A stretch of DNA of 64,000 bases from Dehalococcoidia bacterium (GTDB taxonomy: Bacteria > Chloroflexota > Dehalococcoidia > Plut-88900), in NCBI GenBank assembly GCA_965207225.1, contig CBDBLV010000005.1, forward strand, positions 1,024,001 to 1,088,000, written 5' to 3'. The position numbers were made by a program, and so were the translations under genes. Shown piece by piece: positions 53,855 through 64,000 of this stretch. Positions within the stretch are counted from its first letter, which is position 1. Every line of letters begins with the position of its first letter. The notes below the pieces were generated by a model. The model was not told the origin of the DNA, searched no databases, and saw nothing but the letters and a program-made list of their open reading frames with translations.

Positions 53855-54028
53855 CACGCCCCCTTTTTCTCATGCATTACTAAGGCTGCCGGCAATTGCT
53901 CGGGGATGAAGGGAGGTTATCATAGGCAGGTTGGCCTTGCAAGAAATCAAGTGTCAGGGGTCATGTTATTCTCATTGGGCAGTTGCGCCCGTTAATGCCA
54001 GCCACTTTGTTTGCTGCAGGAGTACACC

Positions 54029-54832
54029 ATGATTATGCCCAACACGTTCCGCAAGAAGCTTGCTGCCGGGAAACCGACTATCGGGACTCACTACCTATCG
54101 CCCGATCCCGACATCCCCGAAATCATCGGAGACACGGGGCTATTCGACTATGCGGAGTACTGCGCCGAATACTCCACCTTCAACATGCGGGAGCTTTATC
54201 ACATGGCCCGGGCGGGACAGGCGGGCAATCTGCCCCTGATGATCAAACTGGACCAGGAGGCCCAGGGGTTCTGGGCGCAGGCAGCGTGGGGAGCGGGCTT
54301 CAAGGCCATCCTGTTCACCGACATCAGGACGCCAGAAGACGTGGAGACGGTCTGCAGCTACATCAGGCCCGACACCCCGAAAAGCGGTGGCCTAATGGGT
54401 GTGAAGATCCGGCGGCCGGCGCTGTCGGGATTCGAGCCCGAGGCTTACATGGAGGACCTGGAATCAGTGGTGATTGCCATCATGATCGAGAAGAATGTGG
54501 CGGTGGAGAATATCGATGGGATATTGAGCAGGGCGAGGGAGTTGGATGTAGACATGACCCAGTGGGGGCCTGCGGACTTCGGGTTTTCTCGGGCGGAGCC
54601 GGGGCTGATGTATACGGATGAGATACGCCCCTTTGAAGAGCTGGTTATCCGGAAGTCGATCGAGCACGGGGTGCCGCCCCGGATAGAGATCGCGGAGCCG
54701 GAGCAGGCGAAGCGCTACATAGAGATGGGAGTGCGGCACTTCTGCATCGGGTGGGACCGGTTCATCTACCAGTCGGCGCTGGACCGGATCGGCAAGGGCA
54801 TCCGCAAGGTGGTCAATGAAGCCGAACTCTAG
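54029..54832 (+). CDS. HpcH/HpaI aldolase family protein
   Basis: IMIEK..AVENID.IL and WGPAD motifs; SD AGGAG. Confidence 0.85.
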   Translation: MIMPNTFRKKLAAGKPTIGTHYLSPDPDIPEIIGDTGLFDYAEYCAEYSTFNMRELYHMARAGQAGNLPLMIKLDQEAQGFWAQAAWGAGFKAILFTDIRTPEDVETVCSYIRPDTPKSGGLMGVKIRRPALSGFEPEAYMEDLESVVIAIMIEKNVAVENIDGILSRARELDVDMTQWGPADFGFSRAEPGLMYTDEIRPFEELVIRKSIEHGVPPRIEIAEPEQAKRYIEMGVRHFCIGWDRFIYQSALDRIGKGIRKVVNEAEL

Positions 54833-55366
54833 CGCCGGGAGGCTCATCGTCCTTAGGGGATGCCAGGCGGCAACGATCCTGTAACCTGCTGCTCTGCTTG
54901 ATCGCCAGCTTTTCACCCGGCAAACGTGTTCCCTGCCAACACGATACTCGTTCCGGTCTGTAAACCCTCTGGGAGATTTCAACCGGGCGGAGGTGGGAAG
55001 GGTGACGGCCTTGGCGGTCAGTGGAAGCTCTTGCATGCAGGGCTGCCGATATGAATTCACCATACCTCTTTGCGGCGTGTTGCTCTTTCTTTTTGCTTTA
55101 CACGTTTCCCCCTAGTACCCCCATCGCACCGGTCCATTCCCGCTTCTCTATTTAGTTGCTATGGGCATGGCGTACGAGATCACCCATGCCGCAACCCTTT
55201 TCTTTTATGACCTGTTCGAGCGCGGTCACTTCAGGGTGCAGGGAAAAGGTGACGTCCTTTTTGTTCCAAGCAATAGTGGAAACTGAGACAGGCCGACTCC
55301 AACATACCAATCCGCCCCGTCCAACGATTGTAAAGGACAGGTGGGACTGCCGAGAGAAATCGGGGG

Positions 55367-55396
55367 TTGACAAGGGTGACAACTAATTGATATCTT
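55367..55396 (+). promoter_or_regulatory. Putative promoter of the metal-binding protein gene
   Basis: TTGACA-18 bp-TATCTT with TGn extension, in an AT-rich patch. Confidence 0.4.
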
Positions 55397-55473
55397 ATCC
55401 CACTTGTAATCCAGGTTAGGTTATAAGCAATCGAGTTTAGCTATATTGACTCGGAAGGAGAACGACACACATA

Positions 55474-57900
55474 ATGATATTTTCTCTCAATAAACGCCTG
55501 GGGCTTCTAGCTAGGACGGGAGCTTTGGCCCTTGTCCTGTTAGCGGCCGTCTTTCTGGCTGCCTGCGCGGGCGAGGACCCCACACAGCCCGCAGAAAGTC
55601 CACAGCCCACGGAAAGACCACAGCCTACAGCTACTTCTACTAGTGCCCCGGCTACCTCTACCACCGCTCCTGACCCTACCGCGACACCAAGTCCGGATAC
55701 AGATCCGGATACGGCGCCCGACGAGGAGACCGCCACGCCTTCAAGACCGCCGGTCCAGGTGGTTGCCACCTCCAATATAGTTGCCGACTGGGCCGAGGTG
55801 GTAGGCGGGGATAGGGTTGAAGTCTTCAGCCTGCATTCACCGGGCAGCGACCCGCACAATCTCGTGCCGGGAGCCCGCGACGTGGCCAGGGTAGCCGACG
55901 CAGATCTTGTGTTGTCCATCGGTCTTGGCCTCGAGGCCGTCTGGTTTGATGACCTTGTACAAAACGCCAGCGCAGATCCATCTAAGATTGTCGCGCTTGG
56001 CGACGGTGTGGATCCCCTTGAGTTCTCCGAAGATGGCCATCACGACGACCATGATGATCACGACGACCACGATGATGACCATGACGATCACGATGACCAC
56101 GGCAAGATGGCCATGGGGCGTCTGCTCGTTGCGGATGCGGTAGAAGCGCACCTCTCCGTCATCGATCTATCGACCGATGACGTTGACAGCGGAATCTTCG
56201 ACGTCGCCGCACCCGGCGCGAACGTGTACGCCAGCCCAACCCACCGCTATGGCATCGTCCTGGCCCGCGGGCCCGAGGCCGACGATGACCGCATCCACGT
56301 CTTCGACGGCGGAGTCTTCCTCGTCAAACACGGCGATCACTACGACCTTGTCCAGGCGCCGGTGTCCCGGCACTCGCTGGAAATAGCGGAAGAGTTGCCA
56401 ATTCACTACGTCAACAATCACGGCTGGACATCCATCTTCTCCGACGCCCGAGGTCACGTGTTCATGATCAATGAAGAGATGCTGGCTATGGCCCAGGGCG
56501 ACTATCAGCCGATCGTGTTGGACGCCGGACCCCAGCATGGCGCCGCGCTTGCCATCTCGGATGACCTGGTAATCGTTTCTACAAAGAACCCTGATTATCC
56601 CGAGAACTCCAACGACAGCCTTCCGGTGGGCGTGGAGGTGCGCAATCTGGACGACCAGGTCGTAGACGATCGTAGCAACCGCAGCTGCCCCGGCCTGCAC
56701 GGCGAGTCCCACAACGACAAAGGGGCAATGTTCGGCTGCGCCGGCGGTGTGCTTTTCATCGAGCCCCATGGCGATCACTTCGACCACGAGTTCATTGAAA
56801 ACGCGCCCGAGATGCGCGAAGGCTCTCGGGTCATGGTGGTCTACGGTCACCACCATGCCGAGCATTTCTTTGGCCATGTCTTTAACATCGGCAGCCAGGG
56901 CTTCGCCGACGATGGCATTTGGCTGATCGACGTGGAGCACGGCGAAATGCGCCAGGTGTTCAGCGAGCCAAGCGTTGTTCCCGCGAAGTTCTCCAGCGAT
57001 GGCGACCTATTGTTCACGATAGGCGTTGACGGCGTGTTGCACGTGCTCGACGCGCACGATGGCGACCTGATTGAGACTATGGATCTGGTCGAGCCCACCG
57101 ATGCGGGGCCCGGTCAGCCGGGCAACCCCGCCATGGTCGTCGTCGGCGAGTGGCTCTACGTCGCTGACCCGAATAGCGGTCATGTCCTCGGCGTCCATCT
57201 CGAACACATGGAGATCGAGGAGGAATGGCATCTCGGCGGCGCGCCGTCGAGCCTGGCGTTCGTAGGAGTCGCCGACTCGGACGATGACCATGACGACCAC
57301 GACGACCATGATGACCACGACGACCACGATGACCACGATGACCATGACGATCATGCAGGGCACGACCACGGGCCCCTGGACCCCCACTTCTGGTTCGATC
57401 CGAATCGGGTGAAGATCGCAGTCAACGATATAGCAGCCCGGCTTTCGGCCCTGGACCCCGAGGGTGCAGCTTTCTACTTCCAGAACGCAGCCGAATACGG
57501 AGTAGAGCTTGACGAGCTGCACTCCTGGATTGAGGAGCAGGTCAGCGTGGTGCAGCCGGAGCGCAGGCTGCTGGTTACTTCCCATGACACCTTCGCCTAC
57601 TTTGCGGATGTCTACGGGTTTGAGGTAATCGGCGCCATCATTCCTTCCCTGGCCCCTGATGTGGAGCCCTCCGCTGAGCATCTCGCGGGACTGGTCGAGG
57701 TGATCCGGGAGCACAATGCGCCGGCGGTATTCAGCGAAACGACGGTCAGCGGAAAGCTGCCGGAGGCCCTGGCAAATGAGACTGGAGCAGTGTTTGCCCA
57801 GCTCTATGCAGACTCTCTGGGTGAAAAAGGCAGCGCAGCCGGCACATACCTCGGCATGGTGCGAGCGAACGTGGAAACCCTTGTTGCGGCGCTGAGATGA
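55474..57900 (+). CDS. Zn/Mn ABC substrate-binding lipoprotein (ZnuA/AztC-like) with inserted AztD-like domain
   Basis: Lipobox LAAC; VVATS..DPH N-lobe; HD-rich tract; PIH..H, PQHGAA, CPGLHGE and FGC motifs; second HD tract; DPHFWFDP and SHDTFAYF C-lobe. Confidence 0.85.
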   Translation: MIFSLNKRLGLLARTGALALVLLAAVFLAACAGEDPTQPAESPQPTERPQPTATSTSAPATSTTAPDPTATPSPDTDPDTAPDEETATPSRPPVQVVATSNIVADWAEVVGGDRVEVFSLHSPGSDPHNLVPGARDVARVADADLVLSIGLGLEAVWFDDLVQNASADPSKIVALGDGVDPLEFSEDGHHDDHDDHDDHDDDHDDHDDHGKMAMGRLLVADAVEAHLSVIDLSTDDVDSGIFDVAAPGANVYASPTHRYGIVLARGPEADDDRIHVFDGGVFLVKHGDHYDLVQAPVSRHSLEIAEELPIHYVNNHGWTSIFSDARGHVFMINEEMLAMAQGDYQPIVLDAGPQHGAALAISDDLVIVSTKNPDYPENSNDSLPVGVEVRNLDDQVVDDRSNRSCPGLHGESHNDKGAMFGCAGGVLFIEPHGDHFDHEFIENAPEMREGSRVMVVYGHHHAEHFFGHVFNIGSQGFADDGIWLIDVEHGEMRQVFSEPSVVPAKFSSDGDLLFTIGVDGVLHVLDAHDGDLIETMDLVEPTDAGPGQPGNPAMVVVGEWLYVADPNSGHVLGVHLEHMEIEEEWHLGGAPSSLAFVGVADSDDDHDDHDDHDDHDDHDDHDDHDDHAGHDHGPLDPHFWFDPNRVKIAVNDIAARLSALDPEGAAFYFQNAAEYGVELDELHSWIEEQVSVVQPERRLLVTSHDTFAYFADVYGFEVIGAIIPSLAPDVEPSAEHLAGLVEVIREHNAPAVFSETTVSGKLPEALANETGAVFAQLYADSLGEKGSAAGTYLGMVRANVETLVAALR

Positions 57901-58003
57901 ACCGGGGTCCAAACTCACGTAATGGGGATATGCAGGTTCAGGAGATCAGCTGGCGATAAACAACTTGACGGATTCCCGGAAGCCCGGGCCTATGGAGTCC
58001 GCT

Positions 58004-58035
58004 TAGACCGGGGGGCGATCCCCTCCCCCCGGTCT
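58004..58035. terminator. GC-rich hairpin
   Basis: AGACCGGGGGG...CCCCCCGGTCT downstream of the SBP gene; no T-tail. Confidence 0.4.
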
Positions 58036-58403
58036 GTCGCACCCAATTCGTTCATCGCCCTCGTACTTCACGTGCCGCATAGCGATTAGCAAGGTGATAT
58101 CTGGGTGTCGTCACGGTGCACCAAATCCGTTTGCCATGCGGAGGCTTCTACTGTGGCGACCAACGCCGGCGAGATGGTGCTTGACGCCGGGCCCCGACTC
58201 ATCAAAAGAGTCCTGTGTGGCTCATCAGCGATATGCTAAAGTGGCTTTGCCACTTATCCCCTGAAATGGGTGACCTCGCTGCGCTTCGAGATGGTCTGAG
58301 ATTCTGTAGACCACCTTGAGGATTCGTATAGGCTAGAAGCGCCGGTACTGCTCATCCACTGGGGGATGCCAGGCAGTGACAATTGTCTAACCTGCTGTCT
58401 CTC

Positions 58404-59549
58404 ATGCGTCGGCGAATAAGCCGCAAGCGGATGCTGATAATCCTCATCTCGGTCCTGGCCTTCATATTGGCCGCAGTATTCGCCACGGCCTGGTATTACT
58501 CGGGGGTGCTGAACCAGCGAGCGCTGAAGGTGCGGCATGAACCCTTCAAACACAACCTAACGGCATCCGTGGTAGAAGAAGGGCTGGTCAGGCTGGAAGA
58601 TGGCCCGGAAGGGGGCAGGTGGAAGAACGTCGGCAAGTGGGGGCTCGAGTGGGACGGCGGAAGCGGGATGATCGGAGAAATCGTGGAGGAGGGCGGGGAT
58701 TTCGTGGTGCGCCGATTCACGCTGGCCGATGGGCACTCTCCGAATTCCGACTCCGCCCTGGTGTCAGGATACATCTATCCTCAGGACCCCTTCCTGGCCT
58801 TTGGCATCAAGTACGAAGATGTGCGATACGAAACGCCACTAGGCACTCAGGACGCCTGGCAGTTCGAAGGAGAGGGCGACACGTGGGTCATTTTCGTACA
58901 TGGTCATCGCGGGGGCCCGGAAGATGGGCTTGCCCTTGTGCCCATCCTGCACGACCTAGGGATCCCGTCTCTGTTCATCACGTATCGCAATGATGAGGGT
59001 CAGCCTCGGGACCCGGGGGGGATCCACCAGTTCGGCGCGACTGAGTGGGAAGACCTACATTCGGCGACGGAGTACGTGCTCTCCCAGCCGGATGCCCGCA
59101 ACATCGTGCTAATAGGCATCAGCATGGGCGGCGGAGTGATTGCGAAATTCCTCTATGAGTCTCCGCCGGCCAGTCGGGTGACGGGTGTGGTGCTGGACTC
59201 TCCCGTACTGGACTTCAAAGCGACGGTGGACTATGGCGCACGAAAGCTGCACCTGCCCGGCTTTGTAACCGCTCCCATGAAATGGATAAGCTCTTTGCGT
59301 TACGGAGTGGACTGGGAGGCCATGGACTACCTAAAGGATGCGGACAGGCTGAAAGGGCCGATTCTACTTATCCATGGAGAGAACGACGGACAGGTTCCGA
59401 TCGCCACTAGCAACGAACTTGCGGAGCTACGTCGGGACATAGTTACCTACAGCGTCTACCCGGACACCCCTCACGGTGGGTCCTGGAACGTGGACTCCGA
59501 ACGCTACGAACGGGAGCTCAAGGAATTCCTGAATTCGGTAGTCAAGTGA
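58404..59549 (+). CDS. Membrane-anchored alpha/beta hydrolase
   Basis: VHGH, GISMGG nucleophile elbow, HGENDGQVP and terminal His. Confidence 0.88.
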   Translation: MRRRISRKRMLIILISVLAFILAAVFATAWYYSGVLNQRALKVRHEPFKHNLTASVVEEGLVRLEDGPEGGRWKNVGKWGLEWDGGSGMIGEIVEEGGDFVVRRFTLADGHSPNSDSALVSGYIYPQDPFLAFGIKYEDVRYETPLGTQDAWQFEGEGDTWVIFVHGHRGGPEDGLALVPILHDLGIPSLFITYRNDEGQPRDPGGIHQFGATEWEDLHSATEYVLSQPDARNIVLIGISMGGGVIAKFLYESPPASRVTGVVLDSPVLDFKATVDYGARKLHLPGFVTAPMKWISSLRYGVDWEAMDYLKDADRLKGPILLIHGENDGQVPIATSNELAELRRDIVTYSVYPDTPHGGSWNVDSERYERELKEFLNSVVK

Positions 59550-59663
59550 CCACCGGAGGGAACCTGTAAAGGAGTCTTATTGCCGTTCATACCCTATTCG
59601 CTGGTAAACTTGCCTATAGCGCTCCCCTTAGGAAGATCACTCTAGCGAGTAAGCAAAAGTCCC

Positions 59664-60659
59664 ATGCCGCCCCTTCTGCAGATCAAGGACCTAAAGACCT
59701 ACTTCTACACCGAGGACGGTGTGGTCAAGGCTGTGGACGGCATCTCTTATTCGCTGGAGGCGGGGGAGACGATGGGGCTGGTCGGGGAGAGTGGATGCGG
59801 CAAAACCGTAAGTGCGCTTTCGTTGATGCGCCTGGTGCCCGAGCCCCCAGGAAGAATCGTGGAAGGCGTAGTGCTGCTGGAAGGCGAAGACCTGCTGAAG
59901 CTCGGTAAGGACCAGATGAGGAGACGTCGGGGGAAGGACATCGCGATGGTGTTCCAGGAGCCAATGACGTCCCTGAATCCGGTCTTGACCGTCGGGCGTC
60001 AGCTTACCGAGGCCCTGGAGATGCACCTCGGGCTATCCAAGGGCGCCGCGTACACCAGGGCAGGGGAGCTACTTGAAGAGGTCGGGATTCCAGACCCGGG
60101 GCGTCGGCTGGACGATTATCCTCACCGGATGAGCGGAGGCATGAGACAGCGCGTCATGGTGGCCATGGCACTGAGCTGCGAGCCCAAGGTCTTACTTGCG
60201 GACGAACCCACCACCGCTGTAGACGTAACGATACAGGCCCAACTCCTGGACCTGATAAACAGGCTTTCCAAGGAGCGAGGAACTGCGGTGGTTATCATCA
60301 CTCACAACCTGGGGGTCGTGGCCCGGTATGCGGACACGGTCAACGTGATGTACGCCGGACGGATTGTCGAAAGCTCATCGGCGCGAAATGTCTATGGGAC
60401 GCCGCGGCACCCGTACACCCTCGGGCTTCTGGCGTCGGTGCCCCGGCTTGACGAGAACATCAGGGAGCAGCTTGTACCGATCGAAGGCGCTCCCCCCGAC
60501 CTTGCCCACCGCCCGGCGGGCTGCTCCTTCCGACCCCGATGCTCTTTCGCCGTTGACGCCTGTGCAAACACTGACCCACCCCTGGGGCTGAAGGGCCCGG
60601 GTCACTCTGCGGCCTGCCTGGTGGACATGACCGCCCGGGCTCCGGAGCCCGTGGCATGA
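59664..60659 (+). CDS. Oligopeptide/dipeptide ABC ATP-binding protein (OppD/DppD-like)
   Basis: [22 protein letters not shown] and HPYT motifs; C-terminal Cys motif. Confidence 0.95.
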   Translation: MPPLLQIKDLKTYFYTEDGVVKAVDGISYSLEAGETMGLVGESGCGKTVSALSLMRLVPEPPGRIVEGVVLLEGEDLLKLGKDQMRRRRGKDIAMVFQEPMTSLNPVLTVGRQLTEALEMHLGLSKGAAYTRAGELLEEVGIPDPGRRLDDYPHRMSGGMRQRVMVAMALSCEPKVLLADEPTTAVDVTIQAQLLDLINRLSKERGTAVVIITHNLGVVARYADTVNVMYAGRIVESSSARNVYGTPRHPYTLGLLASVPRLDENIREQLVPIEGAPPDLAHRPAGCSFRPRCSFAVDACANTDPPLGLKGPGHSAACLVDMTARAPEPVA

Positions 60660-61642
60660 CCACTCTCAATCCCAACTTGCTCATAGATGTCCGGGACCTT
60701 CAGATGCACTTCCCGGTCAGCAAAGGGGTGATCTTCCAGTCGAAGGTAGGGGATATCAAAGCGGTGGACGGGGTGTCGTTCCAGATAATGCGGGGAGAGA
60801 CGCTGGGGCTGGTAGGGGAGAGCGGGAGTGGCAAGACGACCCTGGGTCGTTGCATCCTCCAGCTTCTCCGGCCCTCTGGAGGGCAGGTGCGGTTCCGGGG
60901 CCAGGACCTGACGGAGTTGTCAGGCAAGGAGATGCGTTCCCTGCGAAGGGAGCTGCAGGTGATTTTTCAAGATCCATACGGATCGCTGAACCCGCGGATG
61001 ACTGTGGGGTCGATTGTCGAAGAGCCGTTGATCATCCACAAGCAGGGGAACAAGGAAGAGAGAAAGCGAAGGGTGGCCGAGCTATTTGAGGTGGTCGGGC
61101 TCAATCCCGGTATGATGGACCGCTACCCAAACGAGTTCAGCGGCGGGCAGAGGCAGAGGATTGGAATAGCTCGGGCGCTGGCCGTGAACCCGACCTTCAT
61201 AGTGTGCGACGAGCCGGTCTCGGCGCTGGATGTGTCAATACAGGCGCAGGTCATCAACTTGCTCGGCTCCCTGCAGGAGCGATTCGACCTGACCTACCTT
61301 TTCATTGCCCATGACCTGTCAGTGGTGAGGCACATCTCGGACAGGGTTGCGGTAATGTACCTGGGGAAGATAGTGGAGATCACGGGTCGGGATGAGCTGT
61401 ATCAGGACCCGAAACACCCCTACACGCGGGCCTTACTATCCGCCGTGCCCATCCCCGACCCAGTGGTAGAGGCTTCCCGGGAGCGCATCGTCCTGACCGG
61501 AGACGTTCCCAGCCCCATAGATCCTCCCAAGGGGTGCTCTTTCCACCCCCGCTGTCCGTTTGCGATGGACGCGTGTCGGGAGGTGACGCCTGTGCTCAAG
61601 GCGACTTCAGAGGGTCACTCGGTGGCTTGCCACCTTTACTAG
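60656..61642 (+). CDS. Oligopeptide/dipeptide ABC ATP-binding protein (OppF/DppF-like)
   Basis: [24 protein letters not shown] and HPYT motifs. Confidence 0.95.
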   Translation: MTTLNPNLLIDVRDLQMHFPVSKGVIFQSKVGDIKAVDGVSFQIMRGETLGLVGESGSGKTTLGRCILQLLRPSGGQVRFRGQDLTELSGKEMRSLRRELQVIFQDPYGSLNPRMTVGSIVEEPLIIHKQGNKEERKRRVAELFEVVGLNPGMMDRYPNEFSGGQRQRIGIARALAVNPTFIVCDEPVSALDVSIQAQVINLLGSLQERFDLTYLFIAHDLSVVRHISDRVAVMYLGKIVEITGRDELYQDPKHPYTRALLSAVPIPDPVVEASRERIVLTGDVPSPIDPPKGCSFHPRCPFAMDACREVTPVLKATSEGHSVACHLY

Positions 61643-61652
61643 CACCCCACCT

Positions 61653-62727
61653 CTACAGCTGCAAGTTGTAGATCCCTATGGCGTTCTCCCCCGCCACCTT
61701 CTTCTGGTCTTCCTCGGGTAACACCGACAAGGTCTTCTTGAGGTTAACGACAGGGTCGACTGGTGAGTCTGAGTGGGGGTAGTCGTAGGCCCACATTACC
61801 TTGTCGGCGCCTAGGAGGCCGATGGTCATGGCACCGATTTCGTCGTCGGGGTCCATGTCTATCCACGCCTGACGCTGGAAGTAAAAGCTGGGCTTCTCCT
61901 TCATCGGCGTAGTGAATCCCAGCACCTCGAACCTTTCATCCATCCTGTTTAACATCCAGGGCATCCAGCCGCACCCCGACTCCAGCACCAATACTTTCAT
62001 TTCCGGGAAGCGGTCGAAAGCTGACTCCTGAAAGAAGCTCGTGAATCCCAGGATGACGTCCAGTCCGTTGGTAGAAAAAGTCCACCAGCTGGGCATAGCG
62101 AACTCCGGATACAGAATTCCCGAGACGCCCGTTCCCCCGGAGGCCGGATGCAGGCTCAGAGGGACGCCCTGCTCCTGGAACTCAGCCCAAAGAGGGTGCC
62201 AGTATGTCTTTCCGTATGCAATGTCCTTCGGCGGCGAAGACGGCACCATCACGGCACGAGGGCCCCAGCCCGACGTTCTCTTGAGCTCCTTGACCGACTC
62301 TCCAACGTCGGTCCAAGGGAGCAGTACGCTGGGGTACAGCCTTCCGGGCTGGGCGCTGCAGAAGTCCATAATCCAGTCGTTGTAGACGCGGCAGTAGGCC
62401 GCGGAAAGGCCAGGATCCTTCGTGGTTGCCATCCATGAAAGACCCAGGGACGGGAACAGGAAGGACACGTCGATCCCTTCTTTGTCCATCAGCTTGACCC
62501 GTTCGGCAGGGTCACAGGCCCCGGGGGCCATGGCCCGGCCTTCGTCATAGCTCACATCGTGCTTTTCGAAGATGTGCTCCTTGCGCCACTCGGCGCTTTT
62601 GCCGATGGTGGCGAGGTTAGCGGACGTGGACTTCACCAGCTTGCCGTGCACCTGCCCGTCAATGACCCAGTAGTCCAGACCCTCGTCATCCTTCTTGAAC
62701 TGCATGGCGCGGTCCCGGTACTGGGGC
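61653..62727 (-). pseudogene. Amidohydrolase_2 family gene, 5'-truncated by IS1380
   Basis: MD.EGID...LFPS, YNDW, LESG.GW and DYPHSD present. The N-terminal metal-binding D.H segment is missing and the frame is closed upstream at the IS end. Confidence 0.75.
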
Positions 62728-64000
62728 CCCAAATCCACCGCCTAATTGAATGAGAATACCTCGTTGGAGTCGGCTGCAAAGCTGACTAAGATGGTAAGTG
62801 ACAATCCCAAACCATCACCAACGAGGTGCAGTTATTATGCAACATGGAGTCCTACCGTTCCAGTACAGGGCAGAGAACCGCATCGGGGGCATGACGGCGC
62901 TATCGGGGTTGGCAGTCTACCTGGAGATGGCCGAGGCAATCGGCCTTGGCGAGTCGATCAGACGCCACGTGAGGGTCAGAGAGGGAGGCCAGGGTTGGAC
63001 GGACCGTCAGATGGTCACCTCACTGACGCTGTTGAACCTGGCGGGCGGCGAAGGGGTGGACGACCTTCGCGTGCTGGAGGCGGACGAGGGCCTTGGCCGG
63101 ATGTTGGGAAGGGTGGAGACCCACCGGCAGCGAGCTTCGGAGCGCAGGGCGGTGCGCAACCGGTGGCGGCGTGACCGACACCGCTATGTGCCGTCTCCAT
63201 CGGCGGTGTTCCGGTATCTGAGCCAGTTCCACGACGCATCCCAGGAGGAGGCGAGGCAGCCTCATACGGCGTTCATACCCCAGGCCAACGACGCGCTGGA
63301 CGGACTTGGGAAGGTCAACGCCGAGATGGTGGGCTTTGTCCAGGGCCACGTCGGGCATAGGCAGGCGACACTGGATATGGACGCGACGCTGGTCGAGACT
63401 CACAAGCAGGAGGCGCTCTACTGCTACAAGGGATTCAAAGCCTATCAGCCGCTAACGACATACTGGGCCGAGGCGGACCTGGTCGTCCACTCGGAGTTCA
63501 GAGACGGCAACGTTCCTGCGGGATTTGAGCAGCTACGAGTGTTGCGAGACGCGTTGGAGTGCGTACCCGAGGGAGTGGAGCGGGTGATGCTGCGGTCCGA
63601 CACGGCAGGCTACCAGAACGATCTTCTGGAGTACTGCGCCGAGGGGAGAGACGAACGGTTCGGAGTGATCGAGTTCGCGATTGGGGTACGCGTCACGGAC
63701 GAGTTCAAGCATGAGGCGGCGCTGGTGGAAGAGAGCGAGTGGCGTCAGTTGCCCCGGATGATGGGGGAGTTCGAGGTGGAGACGGGGCAGGAGTGGGCCG
63801 AGGTGGGCTTCATGTCCAGTCGATTAGGTCGCTACAAGGAGGGTCCCGCCTACCGTTTCATAGCCGTCAGAGAACCTCTGAGGCGACCGCCGCTACCGGG
63901 CATGGAGAGTGAGTTTGAGCTGTCGGTTCCGGTCATGCAGATGCCGAACCACGGCTGGTACAAGATCAGCGGGATAGTGACGAACCGGGAGCTTCCGGGA
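62728..64000 (+). mobile_element. IS1380-family element (left part; left end approximate)
   Basis: CCCAAATCCACC resembles an IS1380 terminus; transposase follows. Confidence 0.75.
62837..64000 (+). CDS. IS1380 family transposase (runs off window)
   Basis: Own translation from ATG 62837 (SD GAGGTG): MQHGVLPFQY...TLDMDAT...YQPL...EFRDGNVPA...LRSDTAGY. Confidence 0.9.
   Translation, partial: MQHGVLPFQYRAENRIGGMTALSGLAVYLEMAEAIGLGESIRRHVRVREGGQGWTDRQMVTSLTLLNLAGGEGVDDLRVLEADEGLGRMLGRVETHRQRASERRAVRNRWRRDRHRYVPSPSAVFRYLSQFHDASQEEARQPHTAFIPQANDALDGLGKVNAEMVGFVQGHVGHRQATLDMDATLVETHKQEALYCYKGFKAYQPLTTYWAEADLVVHSEFRDGNVPAGFEQLRVLRDALECVPEGVERVMLRSDTAGYQNDLLEYCAEGRDERFGVIEFAIGVRVTDEFKHEAALVEESEWRQLPRMMGEFEVETGQEWAEVGFMSSRLGRYKEGPAYRFIAVREPLRRPPLPGMESEFELSVPVMQMPNHGWYKISGIVTNRELPG

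Noticed and set aside
55152-55382. Small minus-strand ORF ending in a His/Cys-containing segment near the metal SBP
   Set aside because: No clear start or SD and no recognisable family.
57901-58380. Possible riboswitch in a structured intergenic region
   Set aside because: No conserved box of a known riboswitch recognised; only a single hairpin is supportable.

Overview
GC-rich bacterial window. Gene content suggests Chloroflexota/Dehalococcoidia, SAR202-like and possibly host-associated (inference from the short IF2, LLM oxidoreductase, amidohydrolases and adhesin). Bases 1-11.4 kb are housekeeping: rplT(start)-rpmI-infC (AUA start), nfi, prfB (programmed +1 frameshift), a patA-pimA-pgsA-like inositol glycolipid trio, and truB-rbfA-infB-ylxR-nusA. 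From tRNA-Val(GAC) at 12504-12580 to about 48.9 kb lies a tandem stack of large-serine-recombinase elements. Element 1 (12576-30265) carries a recombinase, RHH protein, replication-relaxation-like protein, TraD/VirD4-like ATPase, HTH coiled-coil protein, Uma2 nuclease and a 2980-aa adhesin. Element 2 (30266-45883) carries a lipoprotein peptidase, an IS21-disrupted NUDIX-CAP gene, HigBA, a replication-relaxation-like protein, HTH coiled-coils, RusA plus a nuclease-HEPN protein, an RHH protein and a recombinase. A third remnant begins at 45884 and runs to near a degenerate tRNA-Val(TAC). All junctions share the same 50-bp register around GCC|CACCA, and the crossover lies inside each recombinase 3' end, so integration/excision swaps the recombinase C-terminal tail. 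Bases 49-64 kb hold metabolic and transport genes, including a ZnuA/AztC protein with an inserted AztD-like domain, and end with an IS1380 transposase that truncates an amidohydrolase.
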